Made by a program: the position numbers and the translations under genes. Under the pieces are notes generated by a model. The model searched no databases and was not told where the DNA came from. It saw nothing but the letters and a program-made list of their open reading frames with translations. 64,000 nt of DNA from Camelus dromedarius (lineage: Eukaryota), in contig NC_087472.1 in NCBI RefSeq assembly GCF_036321535.1, forward strand, positions 92,506,001-92,570,000, written 5' to 3'. Of the stretch, positions 26,813 through 39,510 are shown one piece after another. The first letter of the stretch is position 1. Every line of letters begins with the position of its first letter.

Positions 26813-28299
26813 AAGGAGGACTCACTTACGATGGAGACTTCAGTAGGACTACCTTGTAGGAGTTCTCAAGACCCAAAAAGTTTTAGTAGTTCTTTTTCAA
26901 TCTTCATGTACTTCGAATCTTCAATAAAGATTGATATCATTTTTAATATTTTCATTTGTTTAAGTAATCTAAAGGATATTCTGTGGATCGATACTGATTT
27001 CTGATTGTATCTGACATAAATAGTAATATTCTCTATAAAATTCTAGGATCCTGAGTTTTTGGGAAACAGAAAAGTAAAGAAAGACAAAAGTTAAAGCTTT
27101 GATTAACATGAAGCTATTATTTCCATCAGGAGTCAGTATCTTAAAGCTTTTTTCTGTATTAAAATCATTTGTAGCCTATTTTCCACAATCTTTAGAAATT
27201 ATCAACTAGTTATTTTCCAGAATGTACCAAGTGAACAGCAAAAATATTAATAACCCTGAAGTGTTCACATACCTTTTCATACTTCCTTCTACCAATAATA
27301 TCCTCATCCACATTAAATGTATGAGGAGGGCCAGACTTAAGTGACCACTTGCTAATTTTGCATCATGATGTCTCAGGCTGGAGCAATGAATATGGGAAAA
27401 CATGGCACTGGAAAATGGCAAGCAGGATCCAGGGGAATTATTGCACAAAATAAGTTTGGAACCACCCCAAGGTCACGCAAGACAATTGATGTCCATCTGT
27501 GTCAGGTCCATGCTTAGTATCCAAGCCTCTGTTTGATTTGTAGTGCTGCCAACTTCTCAAGTACCAGGAGAGGAATGGTAGAAGGTGTTAATTAGGGGGC
27601 TGATATCTGCTGCTTTGAAGAAAGTTATAAACATTTTAAGGCTCACATAATAAAGATAAATTTATGGTTCTAGAAAGATAGTGTAAGCCAGACAATAGTC
27701 TACACAGGCTAGAAGAAATCTACATCATTTTAGTGCTTTTGACAATTAAAAGTGGGATGTCGAAATAAAAAACATCAGTTTTTTTGAATTTTAACAGACT
27801 TCAGGAAACATGAGAACATAAATGTGTTTTATACTATCAAGGATTCAGAATTATTTTCCCAAAGATAACAGAAGAATTCATAAATTTCAAAAGAATCCCA
27901 TATACAGTACAGCTTCTAGGCATGGTTCATATCCCACACATTCCAAAAACACTAACTAATTCCTAAATTATAAGAGAAATAAACTGATGACCAGATGGTC
28001 ATGGGGTGATCTGTTCTTGAGCAATGTAAGAGCTATTATCTCTAATAAAATTTCATTCCTACTTGTAAATCTACACACCCCATGTGTTAGCTTGATGGCA
28101 AAATACACAATGGCTGGTAGGGCTGTTATTGGTAATGTTCAGGAAGCAAGAACAATTTTAAAAGCACCCTCTAGCATGGGAACAAAGGTAAGAAATAAAA
28201 ATTAGTTGCTGTAAAAATATGTATTTTGATAGAATTACATGTCAGAAGATCATAGGTTTCTCTGAAAAATATCAATACTACTGGCAAGGAGGTAAGGAG

Positions 28300-28302
<3 letters not shown>

Positions 28303-28346
<44 letters not shown>
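28303..28346. repeat. (TG)22 microsatellite
   Basis: Directly visible. Confidence 0.97.
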
Positions 28347-28353
<7 letters not shown>

Positions 28354-29099
28354 TAAGAAAAATCTGAAGAAGGAAGTGCATGGTGGGTGAATGTATTTAG
28401 TGTGCCATTTAGTGACCTGGGAAACAATCTGTCACTGTAGACAGCAACAGAATGGATTAGAAATAGCTACCAGAAATCAATTATAAAAGTCAACTACCAA
28501 ATTATAAATTATAATCCCAATTATAAATCTCAACTACCAAATCAAGTGGTCACCGTATAAAGGCATCAACATACTTTTCTCATGTAATTTTTCTTTGTCT
28601 GGAAGAAAAGAGCTCACTTTAAAACAATCTACACATTAGATTAAGTTCCCAAATACTTAACATTTTTTTCTCATCATTAGGGAAACACAAAATTAGCTTT
28701 ATTTCTTCTAAGTGTATATTACATTATATAGGTAGTAGATAATATCACTAGTAACAACATTTCAAAACATTTCACTATGTACTTCAGTTTCTTAATTGCA
28801 CTAAAATACACACTTTCAAAGGCATCTGATATACATTTTCCAAATTAGAATATGATTCCCTTACAATATGGACATCATTAAAGCAATTTGCCTGAACTAG
28901 CTAAGCAAAGAAAACTGGGTGGTTGAATCTTAATAGTTGTACCAGTTTCATAAAACGAGACTAAATGTATTTGCTGGGTAAGAGGGGGGATTAGGAAGGA
29001 AACACCCTATTACATGGAAAAGAAAAACTGTCTTGTATCTAGCTATTTTTATGCAGCTTTGACCTACCCTAACCTAGACCATTACAACAGAAATGTAAG

Positions 29100-29670
29100 C
29101 ACTATGCCCTTCAATCATTCACAATGCAGGCAGAGTTACCGTTCTCAAGACCTAAATGACCATCTCACTCCTGGTTAAATCCTCTCTGGCTTCCTTTGCC
29201 TACAGAATGAAGTCCAGCCTCTTTGAAGTAGCATAAAAGTCCTTTACAACCTGGCTGTGACTTGCCCCTTCTGTCCCATCTTATTACCTTTCCTCATCCC
29301 ATTCACTGGAATTTCCAAATACCTGGCTTTTCAGCATCTTTTGAACAATACAAACACTTCAATTATTTCATGCTTTCATATCCGTTGTTCTCTGTGCATC
29401 CCTCCATACCCAAAACATTCTTCTTTGGCTTCTATAAACCTCAGATGAATTATCTTGCCTGTACTCTTTGAAGTTTTTCTAGGGAGTCTTTTGTTTATGT
29501 AACACTTTGGAGGTACAGCTCCATGAGTACCTATCAAAATTTATCTTGGTGGTTTGCTCTCTTGGCTGTCTCCCTCTTACAGCTGAAGAAATCACTTCTG
29601 CCTTCCAAATACCTGGGAGAGTGCCTGGCACAATAGAAGGATATTGGTTAAAAGCTACTCAATTAATAGC
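29100..29670 (+). mobile_element. L2 LINE 3' fragment
   Basis: tggcttcctttgcctacagaatgaagtccagcctctttgaagtagcataaaagtcctttacaacctggct...gagtgcctggcacaatagaagg. Confidence 0.7.
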
Positions 29671-29850
29671 AGATGGAAGAAAGCCTCACATAAAGGTTCA
29701 TCTCATTTCAGGTACTACACGGTAAATGTACACAAAACAATTTGAGTTTTTTAAAAAAATTAGGTGACTGACAGGAGTGAAGGATATAAAAACATTCATC
29801 ATTACCAGTTTCATTGTTTAGTTTATCTTCATTGATAAAAATAAGTTCAT

Positions 29851-29971
29851 GTGCAGCGAAAAAAAATGTGACAATGAATATATGTATGATCATGTAACTG
29901 AAAAATTGTGCTCTACACTGGAATTTGATGCAACATTGTAAAATGACTATAACTCAATAAAAAAACTTTTA
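29851..29971 (+). mobile_element. Very short 5'-truncated young L1 (3' tip only)
   Basis: Near-identical to ~34135-34258; flanked by AAAAATAAGTTCAT (29837-29850) and AAAAATAAGTTTAT (29972-29985). Confidence 0.88.
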
Positions 29972-30329
29972 AAAAATAAGTTTATAGGACTGGGCTAATG
30001 TTTAATAAAAAGTATTATGTGTTCTCACAGAGAAGGTATTACTAGAAATACATAATGTTTAAGAAAACCCAGTAAAATGAAACCAGTGATTATAAGTACA
30101 GTTAGAAAATTCTTGTCTATTACTCAGATCTATATACCTCATTAAATAATAAGATTCATAGATTTCAATTTTTATTGATTGTGTCAACCTTCTAAGAGGA
30201 TAATATTTAACTAAGGAACTTATGATTTCTTATTTGTAATAACATGTTAAACTTATGATTATACATTAGAGATAATTATTACAGATATATTTTTACACAT
30301 TAGGGATTGCTTATCACTTTTGATGAATG

Positions 30330-30497
30330 ATCAATTATCTATAATCCTCATAACAACCCTACATGTATGTTCCATTATCACTTCCATTTTTAAAATGGGA
30401 AACTGAAGTTTAGGGTAAGTGTTTCAAAGTCCACAGCACTTAGTGGTGAAACCAGGATTCAAACCTAAGCTGTCTGATTCCAACATTATGCTCTAAG
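30330..30497 (-). mobile_element. MIR SINE
   Basis: taatcctcataacaaccct...cattttttaaaatgggaaactgaagtttag...ccaggattcaaacctaagctgtctgattcca. Confidence 0.8.
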
Positions 30498-32697
30498 AAT
30501 GAAAGCTGATGAGGAGGAGAAAATTATATAAATTGGTTTCCCTCCCACTCTACCATCTGCATTATAAACATTGTTATTTGCATTCATCTTAAATTCTAGC
30601 TATGCTCTAAACTGGTATGAAATAAGCAATTTGGTAGAACATTTCAATGATGAAATAGTTCTAGCTTAACAATAAGGGAATATTTTATTTCACTTAACAT
30701 AAACAGCCAAGCCCAAATCTAATTGTGACTGAGAAACTAGCACTTGCCTCATTTCATCAACACATTAACGCTTTGTTTCGAGTGTCTTCTATTTTTTAAT
30801 CTGAGTCGAGGATGTTTGGCAAATCTTGCCTTATTTTTCTTATTAGTAGCATGAAACATACAGAAATATTGAACACTTAAGTGTTTTCAATATTTAAGCA
30901 ACAAGCATCCTAGAAGGTCTTTAAAATACAGCATGGAGGACTCCTACTTTCAGAATGTCAATATGATGAGTTCTGTAGTCCCACTTCCCAGGAAACAATC
31001 ATAACTGGTAAAAATTATTAAAATGCACACACAAATCCAAGTATTTAAATTATCCTAAGGACATACAGCAAATTATTCTAAGGGGACATAACAAATAAAA
31101 GAACATTTATTATTCAAGAAACTACTAAATCTCAGTAAGAACAGGGACAGTCTGGGGCACTTGAGTCATCACCTGCTTCCTCCCTCCCTTCACCTTTCAC
31201 ATTTCAGCATGAGGATAAAAGTTCCAATCTAGGCAGGTGTGGCCAAAAAAGTAGGACTCCCTCTCTCCACAGATCCCAGTCTAGGGCTATGATATGTTCC
31301 TAAGATGGGCAGGACACATTGTTTCACATCCCCTGAGGTTGTGTGCTGCAGTGTTACAGAGGCTTAACTCCTGGTGAGTGCAAATGAGAGTATGAGGGTT
31401 CTCTCCCTCCACTCAGTCCCCAATCATAGGCCAGAGACTCTACTCCAGGTGTCACGTGTTGAAAATATTGGAGCTGGGGCCTGATCTCCCTCACCCCAAC
31501 TCATTCATAGGGCAGAAGTAAGCTAAGAAGACCAGAGGCTATAGACCCTATCCAGCACGCTGCTCATAAAGCAGCTGTGCCAGTCCAACAGGAGCAGCCT
31601 GCTCACCCTGCCCCCAGTTCGGAAGCAAAGACTCAGAGATTTTGCCCAGAGAAATAATCAATCAATAAAACAGACCCAGCACTCTCTGCAGAAACTGACT
31701 TTATTTAAAACAGAGTAGGGAGGAGCAAAAGCCTAAGGGTACTCTTGAAAACAGTGGAGATTTGGTAGTAAGCAATTAGGAGCAACGAGATAAACCATAA
31801 TATAGCTAGTTTACTAAAGAGAATCAGGGAAAGAAACAGCTAACAGCCCTCTGAGGTCAGGAAAAATTTGAAGATATGCCTCAAAAACCACCTTGCAATG
31901 GGGCATGAGTTTAACTGAATCAGATTATGGAGTGATTTATACCTCTAGGTATCATCCAAAAAATAGAGCAGTCAGTGACAATTAATGAAGCCTAAAAACT
32001 GAGTTCTAACACCAGCAAAGGCAAACAGCTTAGCAGAAAGATCAGAGAAACAGAAAGTCAAAGAGAGACTTCTTAAAACTTCTATAAACACAGGGTGGCT
32101 ATATGCATGACTAAAGCTGCACCCCTGTGGAGTGGCATCAGAGGCTTTAGACTGTGGGGGAAATACACTTCATTAAAATAGTTCAGTAAATCACAAAACA
32201 AACAATGAAAACACCAACAACAATCCCCAGATCTCCTAAGTGTGTGTGTGTGAGGGGGTGTCACTACTCAGAGCTGCTGTATTATCAGAAATGTCTGACA
32301 TTCAATAAGAAAATTATGAGATATGCAAAAAAACAGGTAAGTGTGTCCCAGGAAACAAAGCAGGCATAAAGCAGCTGTGCCAGTACTGCTGGTGAAAAGG
32401 AAAAGATGTCAGATTTAACAAAATACTCCAAGCAGCAATTATAAATATGTTCAAAACAATAAAGGAAACTATATTTTAAAACGGTAGCTATGATGACAAT
32501 GTTGCATCAATTAAACATATCAGTAAAGACAAAGAAATTAGTATAAACAACCAAATAAAAATTCTGAAGTTAAAAATGACAAAATGAAAGGAAAAATTTG
32601 GTACAGTGACTTAATAGTAGATATGAACTGGAAGAAGAAAAAAAATCAGTAAACTTTAAGTAGATCAACAGAGAATATGAATTTAGAAGAACAGAGA

Positions 32698-34258
32698 CTG
32701 AAGAAAAAGAAAGAGACAGAGACTGGAGGAATAACTCTCCCAGACTTTGGACAATACTATAGAGCTACAGTAATCAAAACAGCATGTTATTGGTACAAAA
32801 CAGACATATGGACCAATGGAACAGAATAGAGAGCCCAGAAATGAACCCACAAACTTTTGGTCAACTAATCTTTGACAAAGGAGGCAAGAATATACAATGG
32901 AATAAAGACAGTCTCTTCAGCAAATGGTGTTGGGAAAACTGGACAGCAGCATGTAAATCAATGAAGCTAGAACACTCCCTTACACCATACACAAAAATAA
33001 ACTCAAAATGGATCAAAGACTTAAACATAGGACAAGATACAGTAAACCTCCTAGAAAAAGATATAGGCAAAACATTATCTGACATAACATCTCAAAAATG
33101 TTCTCCTAGGGCAGTCTACCCAAGCAATAGAAATAAAAGCAAGAATAAACAAATGGGACCTAATTAAACTTACAAGCTTCTGCACAGCAAAGGAAACCAT
33201 AAACAAAATAAAATGACAACCTACGGAATGGGAGAAAATTTTTGGAAATGATGAAACCGACAAAGGCTTGATCTCTAGAATATATAAGCAGCACATACGA
33301 CTTAATAAGAAAAAACAAACAACCCAATCCAAAAATGGGCAAAAGACTTAAACAAGCAATTCTCCAAGAAAGAAATGGAAATGATCAATAGGCACATGAA
33401 AAAATGCTCAGTATCACTAATTATCAGAGAAATGCAAATCAAAACTACGATGAGGTATCCCCTCACACCAGTCAGAATGGCCATCAGTTCAATAGTCTAC
33501 AAATGACAAATGCTGGAGAGGCTGTGGAGAAAAGGGAACCCTTCTACACTGCTGGTGGGATTGCAGTTTGGTGTAGCCACTGTGGAAAACAATATGGAGA
33601 TTTCTCAAAAGACTAGGAATAGACTTATAATATGACCCAGTAATCCTACTCCTGGGCATATATCCAGAAGGAACCGTACTTCAAAAAGACACCTGCACCC
33701 CAATGTCCATAGCAGCACTATTTACAATAGCCAAGACATGGAAACAGCCTAAATATCCATCAACAGATGACTAGATAAAGAAGAGGTGGCATATTTATAC
33801 AATGGAATACTATTCAGCCATAAAAAAGACACCATAATGCCATTTGCAGCAACATGGATGTCCCTGGAGAATGTCATTCTAAGTGAAGTAAGCCAGAAAG
33901 AAAAAGAAAAATACCATATGAGATTGCTTATATGTGGAATCTAAAAAAAAATGAACATAAATACAAAACAGATTCATAGACATAGAATACAAACTTGTGG
34001 TTGCCAAGGGTGGGGTGGGAAGGGACAGACTGGGAGTTCAAAATTTGTAGATACTGACAGGCATATGTAGAATAGATAAACAAGATTATACTATATAGCA
34101 CAGGGAAATATATACAAGATCTTGTGGTAGCTCACAGCAAAAAAAAATGTGACAATGAATATATGTATGTTCATGTATAATTGAAAAATTGTGCTCTACA
34201 CTGGAATTTGACACAACATTGTAAAATGACTATAACTCAATAAAAAATGTTTAAAAAA
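32698..34258 (+). mobile_element. Young 5'-truncated LINE-1 (ORF2 C-terminus, 3'UTR, A tail); camelid-like
   Basis: Contains L1 ORF2p coding sequence; AATAAA and A tail ~34239-34260; TSD AAGAACAGAGA (32687-32697) / AAGAACAGTGA (34259-34269). Confidence 0.93.
32784..33167 (+). pseudogene. Disrupted LINE-1 ORF2p C-terminal fragment
   Basis: [44 protein letters not shown]...[16 protein letters not shown] is canonical L1 ORF2p; frameshifts and stops follow. Confidence 0.92.
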
Positions 34259-35214
34259 AAGAACAGTGAGAAAAACAAATGAAGAAAAATTAACAAATCC
34301 TCAGAGAAAGTTGGGATACCATTAAGCACAGAACATACCTCTAATGGACAGCTCAGAAGGAAAGGAAAAGAGAAAGAAATTAGCAGAAAAAATATTTGAG
34401 GAAACAATAGATGAAGCTTCCCAAATTTGATTTAAAAAATCAATCTGTACATCGAAGAAGCTCAAAAAACTCCAAGTGTGAAAAACACAAAGGGATCCAC
34501 ACCCAAACACATTATAGTAAAAATGCTGAAAGACAAAGAGAACATTTTGAAACTAGCAAGAGGAAAACTACTCATCGCTTACAAGGGAACTCCAATAACA
34601 CTATCAGGTCACATTTCAGCACAAACTATGGAGGCCAGAAGGCACTAGGATAACACATTCAAAGTGCTGAAAAAAGAAACCATCAACCAAGAATCTTACA
34701 TCCAGTAAAAATATCTTTTATAAATGATTAAATGTGGCTTCTTTCTTTATGCCTTATTCACGGGGATAAGGCAATGATTCTCCATACAGCTAGTTGAGTA
34801 TATGCCTTCCCTACACACTTATTTTTTTCTGGGTGGATCTAAAGGATCAGTAGGGCAGGTTGTAGGAAGCCAGACTGTGGTAGTAGTTCTAACGTTACAG
34901 AGAAATATGCCTCTATAGTAACTTCGGCATTCACATGTAAGAAATTACCAATGCTGAAATCCTATCTCTGAATTACCTACTTAAATATAAGTAGTTTTTA
35001 AAAAGCACTAGATTTAAAAAATACAATAGAGACAAATGTCAAAATTGGGGGAAATTTTCATTGTCTAAAGTATTTACTGGGTTAAGCTGAAGGAATTCAA
35101 ATCTGGACTATGCATAGCTTGCCCTCTGGACAGGAACTACCAAGATACTGTCAAGAATGTAAAGCTTTATTGCTGTACTCTACAGCACTACACTAACTAT
35201 AAATCAGGCATTTA

Positions 35215-36045
35215 CAGGAGCTTCCCCTTATCCAAGGGGGATATGTTCCAAGACCCCCAGTGGATGCCTGAAACCACAGACAGTACTGAACCCTATATAT
35301 ACTAATTTTCCTATACATACTTACAATAAAGTTTAATTTATAGATTAGATACAGTAAGAGATTAACAAGAATAACTAATAATCAAATAGAATAATTATAA
35401 TAATATACTGTAATCACAGTTATATGAATGCAGTTTCTCTCACTCTTAGTGACTCATTGTACAAGTTTAATGCTTTTTCATCTTCATTAAAAGCAGTTAT
35501 TATGCACTACAGCCGTAACTTTTGCTGTTTGAGAGGCGATAGAAAACTAGAATTTCTTTTTCCTTCTTCACAGTTTCACAGGAGATTCATTCTATCTGTA
35601 GATCTTAGCAACCTCAGCATATGATTTTTTTTCTTTTCCTTATTAAGTCCAGAATTTTCACCTTTTCTCTTAAAGGAAGCACTTGATGGCTTCTCTTTGG
35701 CCTATCTGAATTGCAAGCATCACTACTCTTCCTCTTTAGGGCCGTTATTAAGTAAAACAAGAGATACTTGAACAGAAGCACTATGATACCAGGACAGTCG
35801 ATCTGATAACTGAGAAGGTGCCATTAAGTGACTAATGGGCAGGATATGCTAGACAAAGGGATGATTGATGTCTTGGGCAGGATGGAGAGGGACAGCATAA
35901 GATTTCATCACCATACTCATAACAGCACACAATTTAAAAATTATGAGTTGTTGATTTCTGGAATTTCCATTTAATATTTTTGGGCCACAGCTGACCATGA
36001 AGAACTGAAACCTTGAAAGGTTACACAGGTAAGGGGAGACTGCTG
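35215..36045. mobile_element. MER44 (Tigger7-derived TcMar DNA transposon)
   Basis: Terminal inverted repeats caggagcttccccttatcc / ggtaaggggagactgctg; TA TSDs at 35213-14 and 36046-47; gatatgttccaagacccccagtggatgcctgaaacc signature. Confidence 0.85.
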
Positions 36046-36309
36046 TACTCCCCCAGTTCATGAGAACTACTGCAGTGTGTTTTATATTTCTTTTTCCTTT
36101 TCTTCTTTTGGCCTTTCTATATTACCTTCTCTCTTCCTACATGGATTCCAATATGCTAACTCACAAATGAAAATGCACCTGGGGAAAGAAGTGGATGGCT
36201 GATCATACTGCATGCTCAGATAGGTAGGTACTTCCAGAAAAAGCAGTATAAGTGGGTGTAGACAGAAGAATCTAGGACAGGGTATTCTGGGGAAGTTTAC
36301 TTCTATGTA

Positions 36310-36442
36310 TAATGCCTGTACAGAAAGTACAAAAATTGGTAAAATACTTACAATTACTGAGATTTGCTTATGGGTATATGAGTCTTCATTCATTATTCTC
36401 TATTTTGCAAATACTTTGAAATGTCCATAATAAAAGTTTAAG
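36310..36442 (+). mobile_element. Old L1ME 3' end fragment
   Basis: atgggtatatgagtcttcattcattattctctattttgcaaatactttgaaatgtccataataaaagtttaa. Confidence 0.65.
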
Positions 36443-38859
36443 GTAAAAAGTCTATACGTACAGAATGCTTCTGACTTTCTAGTATGGTTAGAGGATATTG
36501 GCAGTTTTATTTGGAGAAAACTCCACATGCATCAAAAAAAAAGCAGTACTGGGCAAAGGCTGACTAGGCTCTAGAAATGGGTTTAGATTGTTTATCAAGT
36601 GCCCTCAGGAAGACAAAGAAGAGAGGAAGGTCCATTCATACAAGCTGCTACCAAACGCTGGGGCTACATACTGGGTCCTCATATTTTAGGGTCAGGGAGC
36701 AGTACAAGAAGCTGCCTACAGAAATTTTCCTAATCAGTATTGATACACTTATCTTGCAGCTTAGAAAGTGAACAGGTCTTCAAAATTTTTTCAACAGAAA
36801 CCAGAGAGAATTTTAGAAAACATCCTGATACCACCTATCAAATACTACAATGTATGGACTTGACAAAGAATCTAGGATCAAGGGAATTATAGTAAGAGAA
36901 GAGGATAAAACAAAGACAAAAGTTAAAGGGAAGCTAACAGAAACAAAACAAAAATGTAGTAAAAGTCCAAAATGCAATAGACAGATGGAAACACACAATA
37001 GACTTGTAAAGAGAATTTATACAACATAATATCCTATCAGTATGAGTTTTATTGTTTGAAATTATTTCTTTTATTATTTCTTCACATTAAGCACATCTCC
37101 AAGTACTGTCAATTATTATTTTAAGAAAATGTTTCCACATTTGATTTCCATCATAATATCCATACCCTAGAATCTCCTCATCTCATAACTGAATCATTGA
37201 GGCAACCATTTATCTGGTCTCAGACGTTACTGCTTAATTATATACTATTTTGGATTATTCTTTAAATGTATTATTCTTTAAATGATTCTTGTTTATCATT
37301 ATATATAACTTTCCAGAGAAGATTTCATTATGACATTCTTCAGTCCACCCAAGAAGTATTTAATTTTTCTAGAAGAACATACCTGTGTTTTACTTTGCAC
37401 TTTAACTGGTATAGTAAAAAATAATCAAATTACCTATAACCAATCAGGTAAATTGAAGTTTGTTTTTACACTTGACAGTCAGTTCCATATCATGGGCCTT
37501 TAACTAAATCTAATGTAAGATTACCCTCTTGTCTGAAAACATTGTATTAATTATATTAATTCAACATGAATTACATATGAAAACATACACAGCACAGACT
37601 ATGGAATGGAAATAAATTTTTCCTTATAACACATATCCCTCCTATTCAGAATTCCTGCTGTTATATACCTAAACTTCAAAAGGGTTCAATTTTTAAAAAT
37701 GAAAAATTCTAGTACTTGGCTATATCTGAATCCATAATGCTGAAGCTTCACACACAGATTAAAGTTTCTTTTTATTTTCTGGTATACAATTTAGCTTTGA
37801 TACTGAAATGACAGCTGAAAAACAGCCACACAATACATTCCAAAAAAGGCACTACAGTGTCACATCCATTTTCTAAAGGCTAGTTTATAAATAAAATTAA
37901 AAATACATGAAATTATATAGTTTATTCACTGGCAGAAGTATATATAGCTTTAGATACCTTCACTATATGACTTGTAATTGCAAGGAAATCTATTCACTCA
38001 TAACTTTAATGTGGTAGATCATCACACCCTGCATCTGTTCAATTTAAAACAAGCAAGCTCATTAGACCAGGTGCTATGATTTCCAAATTGATTACTAAAA
38101 GCACTTTATAGTTTGGCATAGTGTTTTATAGTTTGTAAAGCACTTTCAGAATTATTGTTCAACAGTTCAGTTAGTATTAAATAAACATTTACCTATTGTG
38201 TTTGTTAAGTATTATATTCTAGTAATAAAAATACTGTATTAACAAATATAATTAAAAGCATGGATTGGCTTCATTTAGAGACTAAATTAAAACTGCATTT
38301 ATTAAAAAAGGAGCCCTCTAGTAAAACACTTCATATACACACTATAAGGATGTTACATATTTAACTCTGTTATAAAAATATGAAGTGCACTCTGAAATAA
38401 GCCAGTCTTTTTCATTTAATCCTAAACTAAAAATAACCTTATATAACAGCTATTACAAATAGTTAATGTTTATAAGGAACCACTGTCAAAATCATTTTAA
38501 CAGTAATATTTAATATGCACTGTACATTTGAGAAATAGTGATAATAGCACTATATAACATCTGTAGAATATTTGATTTTAAAATATTTTAACATTTTTTA
38601 TAGTATCTTATGTAATCCTCATGACAATCTGAGAAAATTCATAAAGGAGGTGTTTAAAGAGGAAGAATTTTGGAAGATAAGTTTCAAATGTGACCATTAG
38701 ATTTGGTCTTGAAGTAGACAAAAGAGAATGAAAATGGGGGATTCTTGGGGCAAAGACGCTTATCATTTCATTCTTTCATTCAATCATGTATTATATATTG
38801 AGAAATTAATTTGTACCATGAACTGCACTACATTTCTTGCATTCCTGGATTGAAATTAG

Positions 38860-39510
38860 GATAGAGAGCCAAGGTGAATTTAAGCAGTGGATAGATAAAA
38901 AGGAGCCAGTAAACGAATCTAGAAGGTGAAGTCAGAGATGTGACCATGAGATCCTGCTGAAGCCAAGGAAGGACACAATCAGGATGGAGAAAATACTTTT
39001 TCTTGACTTTTCTTTTTCTAGATGGGGCACATTTTAACATGTTTTGTTTCTAACAACAACGACAAAAGCCAGCTGAGATGGTGTATTTGGATATGGGCCC
39101 CAGACTCAAGAAAGTACCTCAGCTTAGACTGGAAAAAGCACACCAGAGGAGGGTGATACGGATGAATGAGTGTAGAATCTGCAAAAGAAATCAGACATTC
39201 CCATCTGATTGCTTCTATTTCCTTCGACAGGCTGGAGGTAAGGTCATTTGTTAACAATGAGGGTGAAGGGAGCAGGGTCAGAGGCCTGGAGAAAAACAGA
39301 CTATTGAAATGTTCACTGTACAGAAGAGGGATAGGCTAGGAGGAGGATGCCAAGAAAACCTATAGTGGCTGACCGTACGGAGGACACAGATGAACACGAT
39401 GACTACAATTTACAGAGACATCACATTTCACAGCTCTGTGCTTTTTCTGTCATTATTCAGCTTCCAGGGGGTAGGCCTGGACAAGTAAATATATACATTT
39501 GACTTGGGTT
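38860..39510 (-). mobile_element. L2 LINE internal fragment
   Basis: catctgattgcttctatttccttcgacaggctggaggtaaggtcatttgttaacaatgagggtgaagg resembles reverse L2 ORF2. Confidence 0.6.

Larger units (their letters stand above)
30935..34727 (+). mobile_element. Old L1M 5'UTR/ORF1 fragment (~30935-32697 and ~34259-34727), interrupted by a younger L1
   Basis: L1M-type 5' region; degenerate ORF1 text (cttcccaaatttga...gaagaagctcaaaaaactccaagt...acacattatagtaaaaatgctgaaagacaaagagaac...actatggaggccagaaggc) runs on across the insertion. Confidence 0.8.

Noticed and set aside
37384..37406. Minus-strand micro-exon-like segment with a gtatgt donor
   Set aside because: Too short to distinguish from chance without transcript data
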